Of a stretch of DNA of 64,000 nt, positions 52,725-64,000 are shown piece by piece. A model generated the notes under the pieces. The model searched no databases. It saw only the letters and a program-made list of their open reading frames with translations, and was not told the DNA's origin. The translations under genes and the position numbers were made by a program. Source of the stretch: Eledone cirrhosa (lineage: Eukaryota); assembly GCA_964016885.1 (NCBI GenBank), contig OZ024741.1, forward strand, positions 311,860,001 to 311,924,000, given 5' to 3'. Position 1 is the first letter of the stretch. Each line of letters starts with the position of its first letter.

Positions 52725-53815
52725 TAGATATTTCGTTTCTGAATTTGTTTAGCAAGGTTGTTTATCTGAAATCGTGTGTTGAAACCGATATTGTTATACT
52801 TTGGGAGAGTCATGTTGCCAATAAGAAACACACGCACCAGTTGCTTTCACTTCAATTTATTATAATAAATTTATAATAAATTTATAAATTTATAAATTTT
52901 TGGTTTGTTGGTTGGTTCCACAACCAGATAGTTGTTTATATATTGTCATAGTTCTTTCGTCACACACTATGTGACCTCTTCAGTGACTGGGGATTCCTTT
53001 CTTTGTTTTTGTGCCTCTCCTTTGTTCTGTCCTACGCCATTTTGTTTCTGTGTGTGTGTTGTGTGCTCAGTCTGCACATGCGCCACATCCGGGTGTATGT
53101 GTGTGTTTATGTTCATTTATTTATTTGTTTATTTACATTTTACTGGTTGGTTGTTTGTTCTATGTGTGTGTGTGTGTATTCATTTTGTCCTTAATTGTAA
53201 GTTGTGATGTTGCTGTTCCACTCATATTTTCTATTTAATTTTGGTTGTAATTCTTTTATGTTTATTGCCTCTGTGGTTTGTCTAAACATTGCGTCTTTTC
53301 TGTGTGTAGATTCTATTTTTATTTCTATGTTCTCTAATTTACCCTTGTGTTCTATTTTAGCATGTTGGTAGAGTACAGATGATTCTTTACTATCTTGAAA
53401 GTCTCGCCAGTGTTCATTTATCCGTTCCCCTACACTACGAGCTGTCTCACCTATGTACACTATATTTTTGTCTCTACATTGTCCTTCAGTACATCTCATG
53501 CTATACACTACACTTCTAGTTTTACAGTTAATATGGGGGCTCATTTTACAGGTTATACATTTCTTATCGATACATGAGGGTCTTTGAAAAGGGTATGTCT
53601 TGCTAATAAGTGTTTTTACGGAGTGACCTGGTCTTTCTACTATCTTAATATTGAGTTTATGTTTATCTAGGGCCCTTCTAAATTTGTAAGCTAATTCACC
53701 TCTAGGGGTTGTATCGATGAACATTACACTCTGGTATTTATTGCTATCATACCATGAGTTTATTCTATTAGCCTTGTTCCTAGTTCTTTCTATTCTATTC
53801 CAAAATTTGCTCCTA
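52725..53815 (-). mobile_element. 5'-truncated Nematis-like PLE (GIY-YIG C-terminus 53191-53815 plus 3' UTR ending in (TA)n)
   Basis: CIDKKCITC..INCKTRSVVYSMRC...YIGETARSVGERINEH...RQTTEA..PKLN; UTR homologous to 61620-62200. Confidence 0.85.
52945..52987 (-). ncRNA. Minimal type I hammerhead in PLE 3' UTR (family H6)
   Basis: GUCA-CUGAAGA-g-GUCAC-loop-GUGAC-GAA-AG-aa-CU-A-UGAC. Confidence 0.7.
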
Positions 53816-54029
53816 TATGCCAAAAATCAACAGACACATTCACAAAAAAACACACTCACTCACACCCTCGCGCGCAACCATAAACACGCATACACATACA
53901 CATATACACACATAAAAACACACACACATATATAAATATATTTATATCTACATATACATATATATACACACATATATATACACATATATATATATATATA
54001 CACATATATATATATACATACACACATAC

Positions 54030-54060
<31 letters not shown>

Positions 54061-54165
54061 TATATACACATATATATACACTCACACACATACATACATA
54101 CACACAAATATACATGTGTATACATATACATATATATACACACACATATACACACATATACACAC

Positions 54166-54205
<40 letters not shown>

Positions 54206-54262
54206 TACACATATATACACACATATATATATATATATACATATACACACACATACACACAA

Positions 54263-54298
<36 letters not shown>

Positions 54299-54404
54299 AA
54301 ACAAATATATACATATACATACACACACACACACACATACATACATATATATATACACACACACAGACACACATATACACATATATAAGGAAAAAGCACC
54401 ATAC

Positions 54405-54468
<64 letters not shown>

Positions 54469-54489
54469 CACACACCATTCATACATATA

Positions 54490-54551
<62 letters not shown>

Positions 54552-54648
54552 TATACACACACACACACACATACATACATACATACACAAATACATACAC
54601 ATACATACACACACATATATATATATATATATACATATACACACATAT

Positions 54649-54687
<39 letters not shown>

Positions 54688-54839
54688 CAAATATACACAT
54701 ACACACATATATACACATACACTCACACACAATATATATATACACATATTTACATACACACACACACACACACACACACATACATACACACATACACGCA
54801 TACATACATACACACATATACAAATATATATACATATAT

Positions 54840-54916
<77 letters not shown>

Positions 54917-55244
54917 CACATATATATACATACATATACACACACATATATACACACACACACATATACACATATACACACACACACACATACACCCATA
55001 CACATGCATATATATAAATATATATATATTTATATATCTATATATATACATATATACACATATATACACAGACATATACATAAATATACACAAATATACA
55101 AACATATATACGCATATATACACATATATACACATATATACAAACATATATACGCATATATACACACACACATACATATATATACACGCATACACACATA
55201 CACGCACACACACACAAATATATATACACACACTCTCTCTCACG

Positions 55245-55308
<64 letters not shown>

Positions 55309-57133
55309 TATACATATATATATATACATATATACACACCTGCATACACACATATATATATACACACACACACACATACACACATACAAATATATATGTA
55401 TATATATATATATATATATATACATACATATACACACATACATACATACACATACATATACATACACATATATACACACATATATATATACACATATATA
55501 TATACACATATATGTACATATATACATACATATACATACATAAAAATACACACATAAAACACATATACACACATACATATATATATATATACATACACAT
55601 ACATATACACACATACACACACATATATACACATACAAATAAATAAGTACTCAATAAATATACGCATATACGCATGCACATAAAAACACCTCTACAGGCA
55701 GAAAATGTAGATAGGAAAGAGGTACTCACATAACCATAGTGGCCGTATTTCAGGTTGAGGAGGGGTGGGGGTAGGGTGGGGAGGAGTTATAGGGGCCAAT
55801 AGGGGGAGGTCGTTTTTAGCCATCGGGCTTGAACACTGGCTTAAAGTGTTTGAAAGTTGCAAAGTTCTTGTGCATGCAGTTCGGGCAGTGTTCAGAGAGT
55901 TTGTTCAGTAGCGGGCCCTTGGCGAATAAAATTTCGTAGCTCTCTGAAATACAAAGGTCGCAGCCCTTGTGTCCTCCGTTGTAAGAGCGCGCTCTCTGGA
56001 GTATTTTCCATTTAAGCGTGAAGGGGGTGGAGTTCCTTTTGAGGTCCCAAACGTAGGAGGCGAGTGTTGTCTGATTTGATTTGTCCGGTCTTCTGAAGGA
56101 GTGGGTATGGGCATACTAACGGGTCTTAATTTTGTTGGAGGTCATGCCGATGTAAGTTTTTTTGCAATCCTCGGTGCCTGAGATGACATCGCCTTTGTAT
56201 ACGATATCATTTGTGAGGCATTTGTTTTCAAGTGGGCATGCTTCCTTATTTAGGCAATTACATAGAGCCCCAGTCCGGGGATTGGGTTCGGAGGTGGTTG
56301 GCTTATTTAATTTTTTAGAATTGTGGTTGGCTATATTCCTAGCTAGGTTAGGTGTGGTGGAGTAAGACAGTCTTATTGTGTTCTTATTAAAGATGGTGTG
56401 GTACCTATGTTGTATGGGGAAGTGTAATTTCAGCAAAGTGAAGAAAATCCTAGATATCGGAGTAGATACCTCTCTATTGAAGGGAGGGTTGTACCAGCTA
56501 ATCTGCCTATGTCTATTCCTCCTCTGCAATCTTGCGGTGATTTCTAGGTAAGTTATCTTATCTTTAAATCCGCTACGGGCGAGGGCGTCATTGTAGTAAG
56601 AGGCAGATGCATTAAAAATATCTTTGTTGGCGGAGAGGCCAGATATTCTAATAGAGACGCTTTTTACTAGGTTATCAGTGATGTTTTGGGGGTGGTTTGA
56701 ATTAACATTAATATATTTAAGGGACTCGTTAGGTTTGTGGTACGGGTAATAGAGGGAAGTATCTAGGTCGAGAGTGACATCTAAGAAGTTGGCCCTAGTC
56801 AAATTAGTTTCTATAGTTATACTAAATCCTAGATTAGAGAAGAAAGAGCTTAAGTTTTTCCGAAACCCATCGGTGGTTCTGGGGTTAACCTTATGCAGGG
56901 CGAAGATGCCGTCGTCTCGGTATAAACCTCCCGTTAGGCCGGTAAAGAGGTTCTTCAGGTGATGTAGGATCTACATGCCCACAAGGTCGCTAATTTCAGC
57001 CCAGTCACTCGCCCCCATGCTAACGTCAAATGGGGTCTGAGATTTCTTGTTGATCCAGTAAGATCCATCGTGGTATAGAAAGGTCTTACGAGCGTGGAGG
57101 ATAACAACTTGCTCAGCATCGGTAATGGTGGTA
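53815..57133 (-). mobile_element. 5'-truncated Naiad-like PLE (RT-GIY-YIG 55816-57133, two stops) with ~2-kb microsatellite-rich 3' region
   Basis: HARKTFL..W..FDVSMGA.D.AEI.DLVG, GLYRDDG, NFLDVTLDL, WYNPPF, CNCLNKEACPLENKC, IVY..YIGMT..R, CDLCISE, LLNK...NCMH. Confidence 0.88.
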
Positions 57134-58068
57134 GGTATGTGGGTGTGTGTGTGTGAGTGTGGGAAGATAGGTCTAATCGTAAAAGTGGGGGGTAGGTGTT
57201 ATCTGGTGTTAGAACTGGTTTTGTGTGTGTATGTGTGAGAGAGAATAAGTGGAGGTGTAAGCGTGTGTGTGGGGTGTGTAAAAATGGGGCTAGAGGCCCT
57301 ATCAGGTTATAAATTGGGTGTTGAGCTCTAGTCTATTATTGATTGGTGGATGTGTTCTATCTATAATAAGTGCCTCCTTCAGTGCTTTCTAAGATTGCCG
57401 AGGTTTCTTTCCTTAGTTTCTATCCTAACTCTTATGTTTTTATCGGTGTTTTTGCATTTAACTAGGTGTTTCTTAAATGAGGAAGCGTTAGTATTGAGGT
57501 GTTCTTTTATTCTTATGTGGAGTGGTATGGTGGTGCTACCTACGTAGAAGTTGTTGCATTTGTCACACTCTAGTCTGTATACTACGTAAGCCTGGTGGCA
57601 TAGGTCTGTGTCGTTGATGGGGCAGTTGGCTAGTCTGCAGTAGTTGTCATGTCTGGTGGAGTGTCTCTTGGCCAGCCGTCCGCGCAGAGAAGGACCCGAG
57701 TGGGCCAGTTGGATATCCAGTCCCTCTCGTCTGATGGCTCTGCGGATGGCTGTTGTTGTTTCTTCACTGAAGTGTGGGAGCTTCAGGAAGCAAGTGTTAG
57801 TGCCTCGGGTGTGGTGTCCTCTGTTCTTTCTGGCACGGTTTGTGGTGGATGTCGTGTATCCGTTCAGTTTGAGTACTTCCAGGAAATGTGTGGTGTGTGT
57901 ATCTCGGTCTCTGGCGTCGGTGCATTTGTTCTTGATACGTGCCAGTTCGTTCTTTATGTATCCGAACTTGGCACCGAGTGGGAGGGCCGATCTGAAATGT
58001 ACGAACAGGTCCCTGCTGGCGGATTTTTTATAGAAGCAGGTGTGGATGTTGCCTTCCTCTGTTACCAT
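57134..58068 (-). mobile_element. Fourth-lineage PLE fragment (thumb/linker + GIY-YIG to ~57302, plus short 3' UTR)
   Basis: FYKK..LFVHFRSALP, LKLPH, CRLANCP...C..AYVVYRLECDKCNNFYVGST..LHIRIKEH; after a frameshift EALIIDRTHPPINNR. Confidence 0.8.
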
Positions 58069-58189
58069 TGCATTCTTTTTTCTATGTCCATACCTGCATT
58101 GTTTTGGCCTTATTACACATATTCAAACGTTTATACCTCATTACACAATGCTTCAAGTGAACTATAACCTCCTCCCATATATATATATA

Positions 58190-58255
58190 TATCTGTGTAT
58201 GTATGTGTATGTATTTGTGTATGTATGTATGTATGTGTGTGTGTGTGTGTATATA

Positions 58256-58303
<48 letters not shown>

Positions 58304-58324
58304 TATATGTATAAATGGTGTCTA

Positions 58325-58413
<89 letters not shown>

Positions 58414-58516
58414 GTATGGTGCTTTTTCCTTATATATGTGTATATGTGTGTCTGTGTGTGTGTATATATATATGTATGTATGTGTGTGTGTGTGTATGTA
58501 TATGTATATATTTGTT

Positions 58517-58563
<47 letters not shown>

Positions 58564-58622
58564 TTGTGTGTATGTGTGTGTATATGTATATATATATATA
58601 TATATGTGTGTATATATGTGTA

Positions 58623-58664
<42 letters not shown>

Positions 58665-58759
58665 GTGTGTATATGTGTGTATATGTGTGTGTATATATAT
58701 GTATATGTATACACATGTATATTTGTGTGTATGTATGTGTGTGAGTGTATATATATGTG

Positions 58760-58801
<42 letters not shown>

Positions 58802-59510
58802 TATGTGTGTATGTATATATATATATGTGTGTATATATATATATGTGTATATATATGTGTGTATATATATGTATATGTAGATATAAATATATTTATATAT
58901 GTGTGTGTGTTTTTATGTGTGTATATGTGTATGTGTATGTGTGTTTATGGATGCGCGCGAGTGTGTGAGTGAGTGTGTTTTTTTGTGAATGTGTCTGTTG
59001 ATTTTTGGCATATAGTTGATTAGTTTAAGAGAAGTTCGAAGATAATTGTAAGATATGCACTCAGTATTTTGAATCTGTCTACAGAATTCTCTAAACCTTT
59101 GTCACTTAGTAGATCCTTAATGAATTTAGCTTTTAAAGAATCTCCCTTTCCTTTAATTCTATCTACCATGACTGACCCCCCCTCCCCACTGATTTTATAG
59201 ACATCTGTTAGCTTAAGAGAAACTTAATGACAAGGAATGGTATGCCATCCGGAACCTGTTTATAGAATTATTTCTGCCTTTGTTACTCTAAAAACAAAAA
59301 TTAATAAAAAAAACTATAGCTTTGTAGAATTAGCTTTTAATGAATTCCCTTTTCTATCAACCAATGACCTACACCCATCCCCCCCTCTCCTACCACTTGT
59401 AGAGATCTATAAATACCATATTTATTTTTTGATACCCAGATTCCTGATGATTTCTAAAGAATGAAACAGTTCTAGTCCTGTAGAATCTCATCTATATTAA
59501 AACTGTTATA
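58190..59510 (+). repeat. Inverted copy of the Naiad 3' region/pLTR, ending in hammerhead H1
   Basis: 58190-59012 is the reverse complement of 53815-54620; 58920-59505 is the reverse complement of 60563-61100. Confidence 0.85.
59438..59488 (+). ncRNA. Type I hammerhead ribozyme (family H1), intact core
   Basis: AGAUUC-CUGAUGA-uUUC-uaaa-GAAu-GAA-ACAG-uucuaguc-CUGU-A-GAAUCU; predicted cleavage after A59482. Confidence 0.75.
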
Positions 59511-59570
59511 CTCTGCAATGTATTGAGTACCTTACTTACTGTGGTTACCTCCGATTCAACCCGGAATAAC

Positions 59571-59633
<63 letters not shown>

Positions 59634-60370
59634 GTATGTATGGATGTGTAAGTGTCCGTGTGTATATAAGCATGTATATTTTTTGTGTGAGTGTGTGTGC
59701 GAGTGTGTATACAGTCGCGTGTGTGCGCGTGATTAGATATACATGGGGCGAGGCGTATATGCGTATATATGTGCATCCTGTGTGTGTAGATGTGCTTGCA
59801 TACGCTTTTGTCTGCACGTTTTTTGCGTGTATATATATATACTTCTTATAGACATACTTTTCTTGTAGATATACGTGTGTGTGTACGCGTGTACCTTGTT
59901 TGTCTTCTTTTCTTTAATTTTTTCTTTCTAAATTATTGTTCCATTTTTATAAATATATCCAGAATGATACTTTCTTTTAATTATTACACTCCCTTACCTC
60001 TTTTACTTCCGCATATAAGTGTACGTGCGTGTGGGTGTGTTTATACGCGTGCCTTCATATTCTTATAAAGTATCTATTACCCTATTTTTTCTGTGTACCT
60101 CCCAAGCAGAAAACCACATCATGTCTGTCTGTAGTTTACAGATACACAGATACATTTGCACTAACACATATATTTATGCACACTTTTTCACTATACTATA
60201 TATGTACATCTGTGAGCGTATATACATACATATACACACACCTAACTATATTTCTTGAAAGATTTTTATATATTTCATATGGCTATTGTAATTCATTTGT
60301 CTATATTTATATTAATTTTTTTTGCTTTTCTTGATGAGAATTTCCAAGTATTTAGCCATGTTTTATATTG

Positions 60371-60450
60371 CCTCGTCTGACGAACGAATGAAGACGTTTC
60401 TTTCGTATTCGCCTCATTCGGGAAACCTCTGGTAAAGAGGTAATTATATT
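60371..60450 (+). ncRNA. Hammerhead-like motif (family H4)
   Basis: CUGACGA, helix II CGAAUGA/UCAUUCG, GAA-ACCUCU-gguaa-AGAGGU-A; helix I weak. Confidence 0.5.
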
Positions 60451-60562
60451 GTATTGATTTTGATACATTAAATTTTGCTCTGGTACTTACATAGAGCCCA
60501 CTTCATTTCTATGACCTTTTCTGTTTTCAACGGAAATTTCAATACTTATATGTATATATATA

Positions 60563-61268
60563 TAGTTTTAATATAGATGAGATTCTACAGGACTAGAACT
60601 ATTTCATTCTTTAGAAATCATCAGGAATCTGGATATCAACAAATAAGTATGGTATATATATAGGTCTCTACAAGTGGTAGGAGAGGATGGGAGTGGGATG
60701 GGTGTAGGTCATTGGTTGATAAAATTCATTAAAAGCTAATTCTACAAAGCTATAGTTTATTTTTATTTTTAGAGTAACAAAGGCAGAAAGAATTCTATAA
60801 ACAGGTTCAGGATGGCATGCCAATACTTATTATTAAGTATCTCTTAAGCTAACAGGTGTCTATAAAATCAGTGGGGGTCAGTCATGGTAGATAGAATTAA
60901 AGGAAAGGGAGATTCTTTAAAAGCTAAATTCTTTACTAAGTGACAAAGGTTTAGAGAATTCTGTAGACAAATTCAAAATATTGAGTGCATATCTTACAAT
61001 TGTCCTCAAATTTCTCTTAAACTATTCAACTATATGCCAAAATCAACAGACACATTCACAAAACACACCCACTCACACACTCGCGCGCACCCATAGACAC
61101 ACACACTCTTATCTATCTGCATTTTCTGCCTGTAGAGCTGTTTTTATGTGCCTGTGTATATGCGTATATTTATTGAGTACTTATTTATTTGTTAGTGTAT
61201 ATATCTGTGTGTATATATGTATATGTATGTGTATGTATATGTGTGTATGTGTGCACATATGTATGTGT

Positions 61269-61302
<34 letters not shown>

Positions 61303-61582
61303 TAGTTTATGTGTATGTATGTGTATGTATATATATATATATGTATGTATATGTATATGTGTATGTGTATGTGTATATATGTGTGTATGCAGGTATGTAG
61401 GTGTATATGTGTATATATATGTATTTGTATGTATATATATGTATGTATATATATGTGTGTGTATATATATGTGTATTTGTATATATATATATAGATTTTT
61501 AGAATTATATGTATATGTGTGTTTGTATGTGTGTATATATATATATGTGTGTGTATATGTGTGTATGTATTTGCGTACGTGT

Positions 61583-61620
<38 letters not shown>
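60563..61620 (-). repeat. Third, internally inverted copy of the Naiad pLTR with hammerhead H1 at 60580-60630 (-)
   Basis: 60563-61105 matches the reverse complement of 58920-59505; 61107-61620 matches the reverse complement of ~55200-55715. Confidence 0.8.
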
Positions 61621-61623
<3 letters not shown>

Positions 61624-63715
61624 GCGACGATGAATTAGTTTTGCGAGGTTTTTTATATGAAATCGTGTGTCGAAACAAATATTGTTATACTTGGGGAGGG
61701 TCATATTTGTGTAATATTGCCAGAATTAATAACAGAACACACTCACTGTTTGGTTGGTTTTCGCTTCTCGCTGTCTTTTATATCGGTAATCTAACTTACT
61801 CGGTCCTCAATGTTGCCATTGACTGACCGACGGTCAAAAATAATACAGATACAATATAGACACAAACACATATATATAGTTTATCATAAATCTTTCGTTG
61901 CACATCTGCAACATCGTCAGTGGTGTTATATTTTCCTCCTGTTGTGTTGTATGTCTACGCCATTTTTATTCAGTCTGTCTATATATTTATTTATTTATTT
62001 GCTTGTTTGTTTATTTTATTTTGTCTTCTTTGCGCATGCGTTTGCGTGTGTGTATAGTGTTACGTTTGCTGTGTGATGGGTGACTAGTGTGTGTTTATGT
62101 GCTTGTTGTTATTGTGCTTGTGTATGTATTTATTTATTTATCTTATTTTATATACTTATTTATACTTCTCTTAGGTCAGAGTTGTTTGTTTGGGTGTTGT
62201 TGTTATTTCATTCATTCTTTCTGTTTAGCTTTGGTCTTCTAATTTCTATTTCACTGGCCTCTCTGATTTGCCTATCTGCTGGGTCATTTCTATGTTTAGA
62301 TATTATTCTAATTTCTATGTTGTCTATGTTACCGTCATGTTGTTGTCTAGCATGTTCGTATAGTACTGACCCGTTTTTTCGTCCTTTTAGTTCCCCCCAG
62401 TGTTGGTCTATCCTTTCACCTATGCTACGAGCTGTCTCACCTATGTATGTTGTTGTCATGTTTCTGCATGAACCCTCTGTACATCTTATGCTATAGACTA
62501 CGTTTCTAGTTTTACAGTTTATCCGGGGGTTCACCTTACATATGATACATTTCCTATTGGTACAGTGGGTTTTCTTAAAAGGGTAGGTTTTGCTGATCAG
62601 GGATTTTATGGTGGTTCCTGGCTTTTCTACCACCTTTATTTTTAAGTGGGTCTTTCTCAGGGCCTTTCTACACTGGTTAGCTAATTGCCCTCCAGGGGTG
62701 GCGTCCACAAACATGACACTCTGGTATCTCTGGTTGTCGTACCATGAGGTGGCTTTCCCTATCTTATGTCTAGCCCTATCTAAGCTATTCCATGATTTGC
62801 TCCTGTATAATGGGCACATTCCTTTCATGTCCAGTTCTATGAGGGTCTTATACTTTTCCATGGCTCCTTCGTATACTCTGACTCTGTCTCTTTGGTTGTA
62901 GCCAGAGAACTGCATGCGGTTGATGAAGTGTTGGATGTATCTTTCCATTTCTGTTGGGTCGCACATACGGGACACATTCTTCATCACTCGTACCAAATCT
63001 GCGATCAGAATATTAAACTTAGCACTACTGGACATTGCTGAGATTTTGAGTATCAGGTATTTGGAGGCCATGGGTTTAGCATAGTGTGAGTGCAGAATTT
63101 GGGCTCTCTCGTCTATAGTGTTAATCCAGAGTTCTGTGTCTAATACAGGTAGTCTATTGTTAGGGTGTTTCGAAGGGAAGTCGATAGTTACAGTTATACT
63201 CTGGTGTATGGAATTAGCTATCTGCTGGATGATTTCCATCGTGCTACGTTCTAAATCAAACTTGTTAGTGCTCTCTAGTGGGGGTGTTCTTATAACTATA
63301 TTGATATCGTGTACATAACGAGAGTACATGATGAGGTCTATGGAGCTTTCATTAAGGAGATCTTTAAGTCTCCTTTCCCACCATACCATGAAAAGGTTGG
63401 CAACATCACCAGCTATGCTGACGCCGATGGCTGCTCCCTCATTTTGGGTGTAGATTTTCTCATTGAACTTAAATATGTGGCCCTTTAGGGTAGTTTTGAT
63501 ACTAGCCCCTATTGCATGTGCGACCATTTTTCTTACCTGATCATTGTTTTTGGGGGTCCGTATAGCTTTGGTCCACCCAATCCACCTTCCCATGGGAGTC
63601 TTTTTTGCCATTGAGTTTATGGTGGGGGGTCTACCTCTTATAGGTCTACTAAGGCAGAAACATCTAAGGTCATGGCTGTCTAGGTAGTCAGTGTCGTAGG
63701 TAAGTCTAAGTAGGA
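61621..63715 (-). mobile_element. 5'-truncated Nematis-like PLE (RT + GIY-YIG ORF 62208-63611, catalytic YVDD mutated to YVHD)
   Basis: QNEGAAIGVSIAGDVANLFMVWW, YSRYVHD, LPVLD, HYAKPM, CKTRNVVYSIRC, YIGETARSIGERIDQH, RQIREA, PKLN; 3' end in (TA)n. Confidence 0.9.
61883..61924 (-). ncRNA. Minimal type I hammerhead in PLE 3' UTR (family H6)
   Basis: ACCA-CUGACGA-u-GUUGCA-gaug-UGCAAC-GAA-AG-au-UU-A-UGAU. Confidence 0.65.
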
Positions 63716-64000
63716 AGTGTGTGTGTATGTGTATATAATATCATCACACAAAACTAAACAACATGATCTATTAGTTAAGAATCGACAAGATATGGTTTAT
63801 AACTTGGTTATATGCTGAACCATGGTGGATTATATGATAGACCCGTGGTCTATATATATTGCGTCTCATGGATTATGTGAGTGGTGGTCTGCGCGAAGAC
63901 AGTGGTACTGTTTTGCCTAAGCTATATTATGTTTTATAATATGTTTGATATTTTTGATATTTTGGTGTTTCTCTACATTCGGGATTGTATATCATACAGG

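Noticed and set aside
55816-57133. Selenoprotein-encoding Naiad (UGA recoding is reported for some Naiads), also considered for 2593-3147
   Set aside because: Conserved Cys positions use TGT/TGC; the internal stops are TAG/TAA at non-Cys positions; no convincing SECIS seen

Overview
Eukaryotic (animal) genomic DNA, AT-rich and saturated with (TA)n/(CA)n/(AG)n microsatellites. The SINE and repeat landscape resembles octopus/cephalopod DNA; this is inferred, not verified. Most of the window is mobile DNA: (i) a ~27 kb Helitron nest (7.6-34.3 kb) with two RepHel families, non-autonomous derivatives and a full-length Tx1/L1-clade LINE sitting in an (AGAT)n tract; (ii) six fragments of Penelope-like retroelements (PLEs) from about four lineages (Naiad-, Neptune-, Nematis-like and a fourth), three of them as giant fold-back structures in which long inverted repeats enclose little more than a GIY-YIG endonuclease or RT/GIY-YIG end; (iii) about six distinct type I hammerhead ribozyme families read directly from the sequence, including a U3-A8 core variant and a covarying pair with an extra core nucleotide; (iv) tRNA-derived SINEs, an RTE fragment with a 5' inversion, an R4/Dong-like fragment and a MITE-like element. 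Host-gene signal on the minus strand: a transmembrane exon (52495-52588) splicing in frame into a very large Lys/Glu/Thr-repeat cytoplasmic-tail exon (50062 to 47746, repeat continuing to ~47.06 kb), and a decayed EGF-like exon (4996-5127). Most ORFs in the supplied track are microsatellite artefacts. All alignments and folds were done by eye, so element boundaries are approximate.
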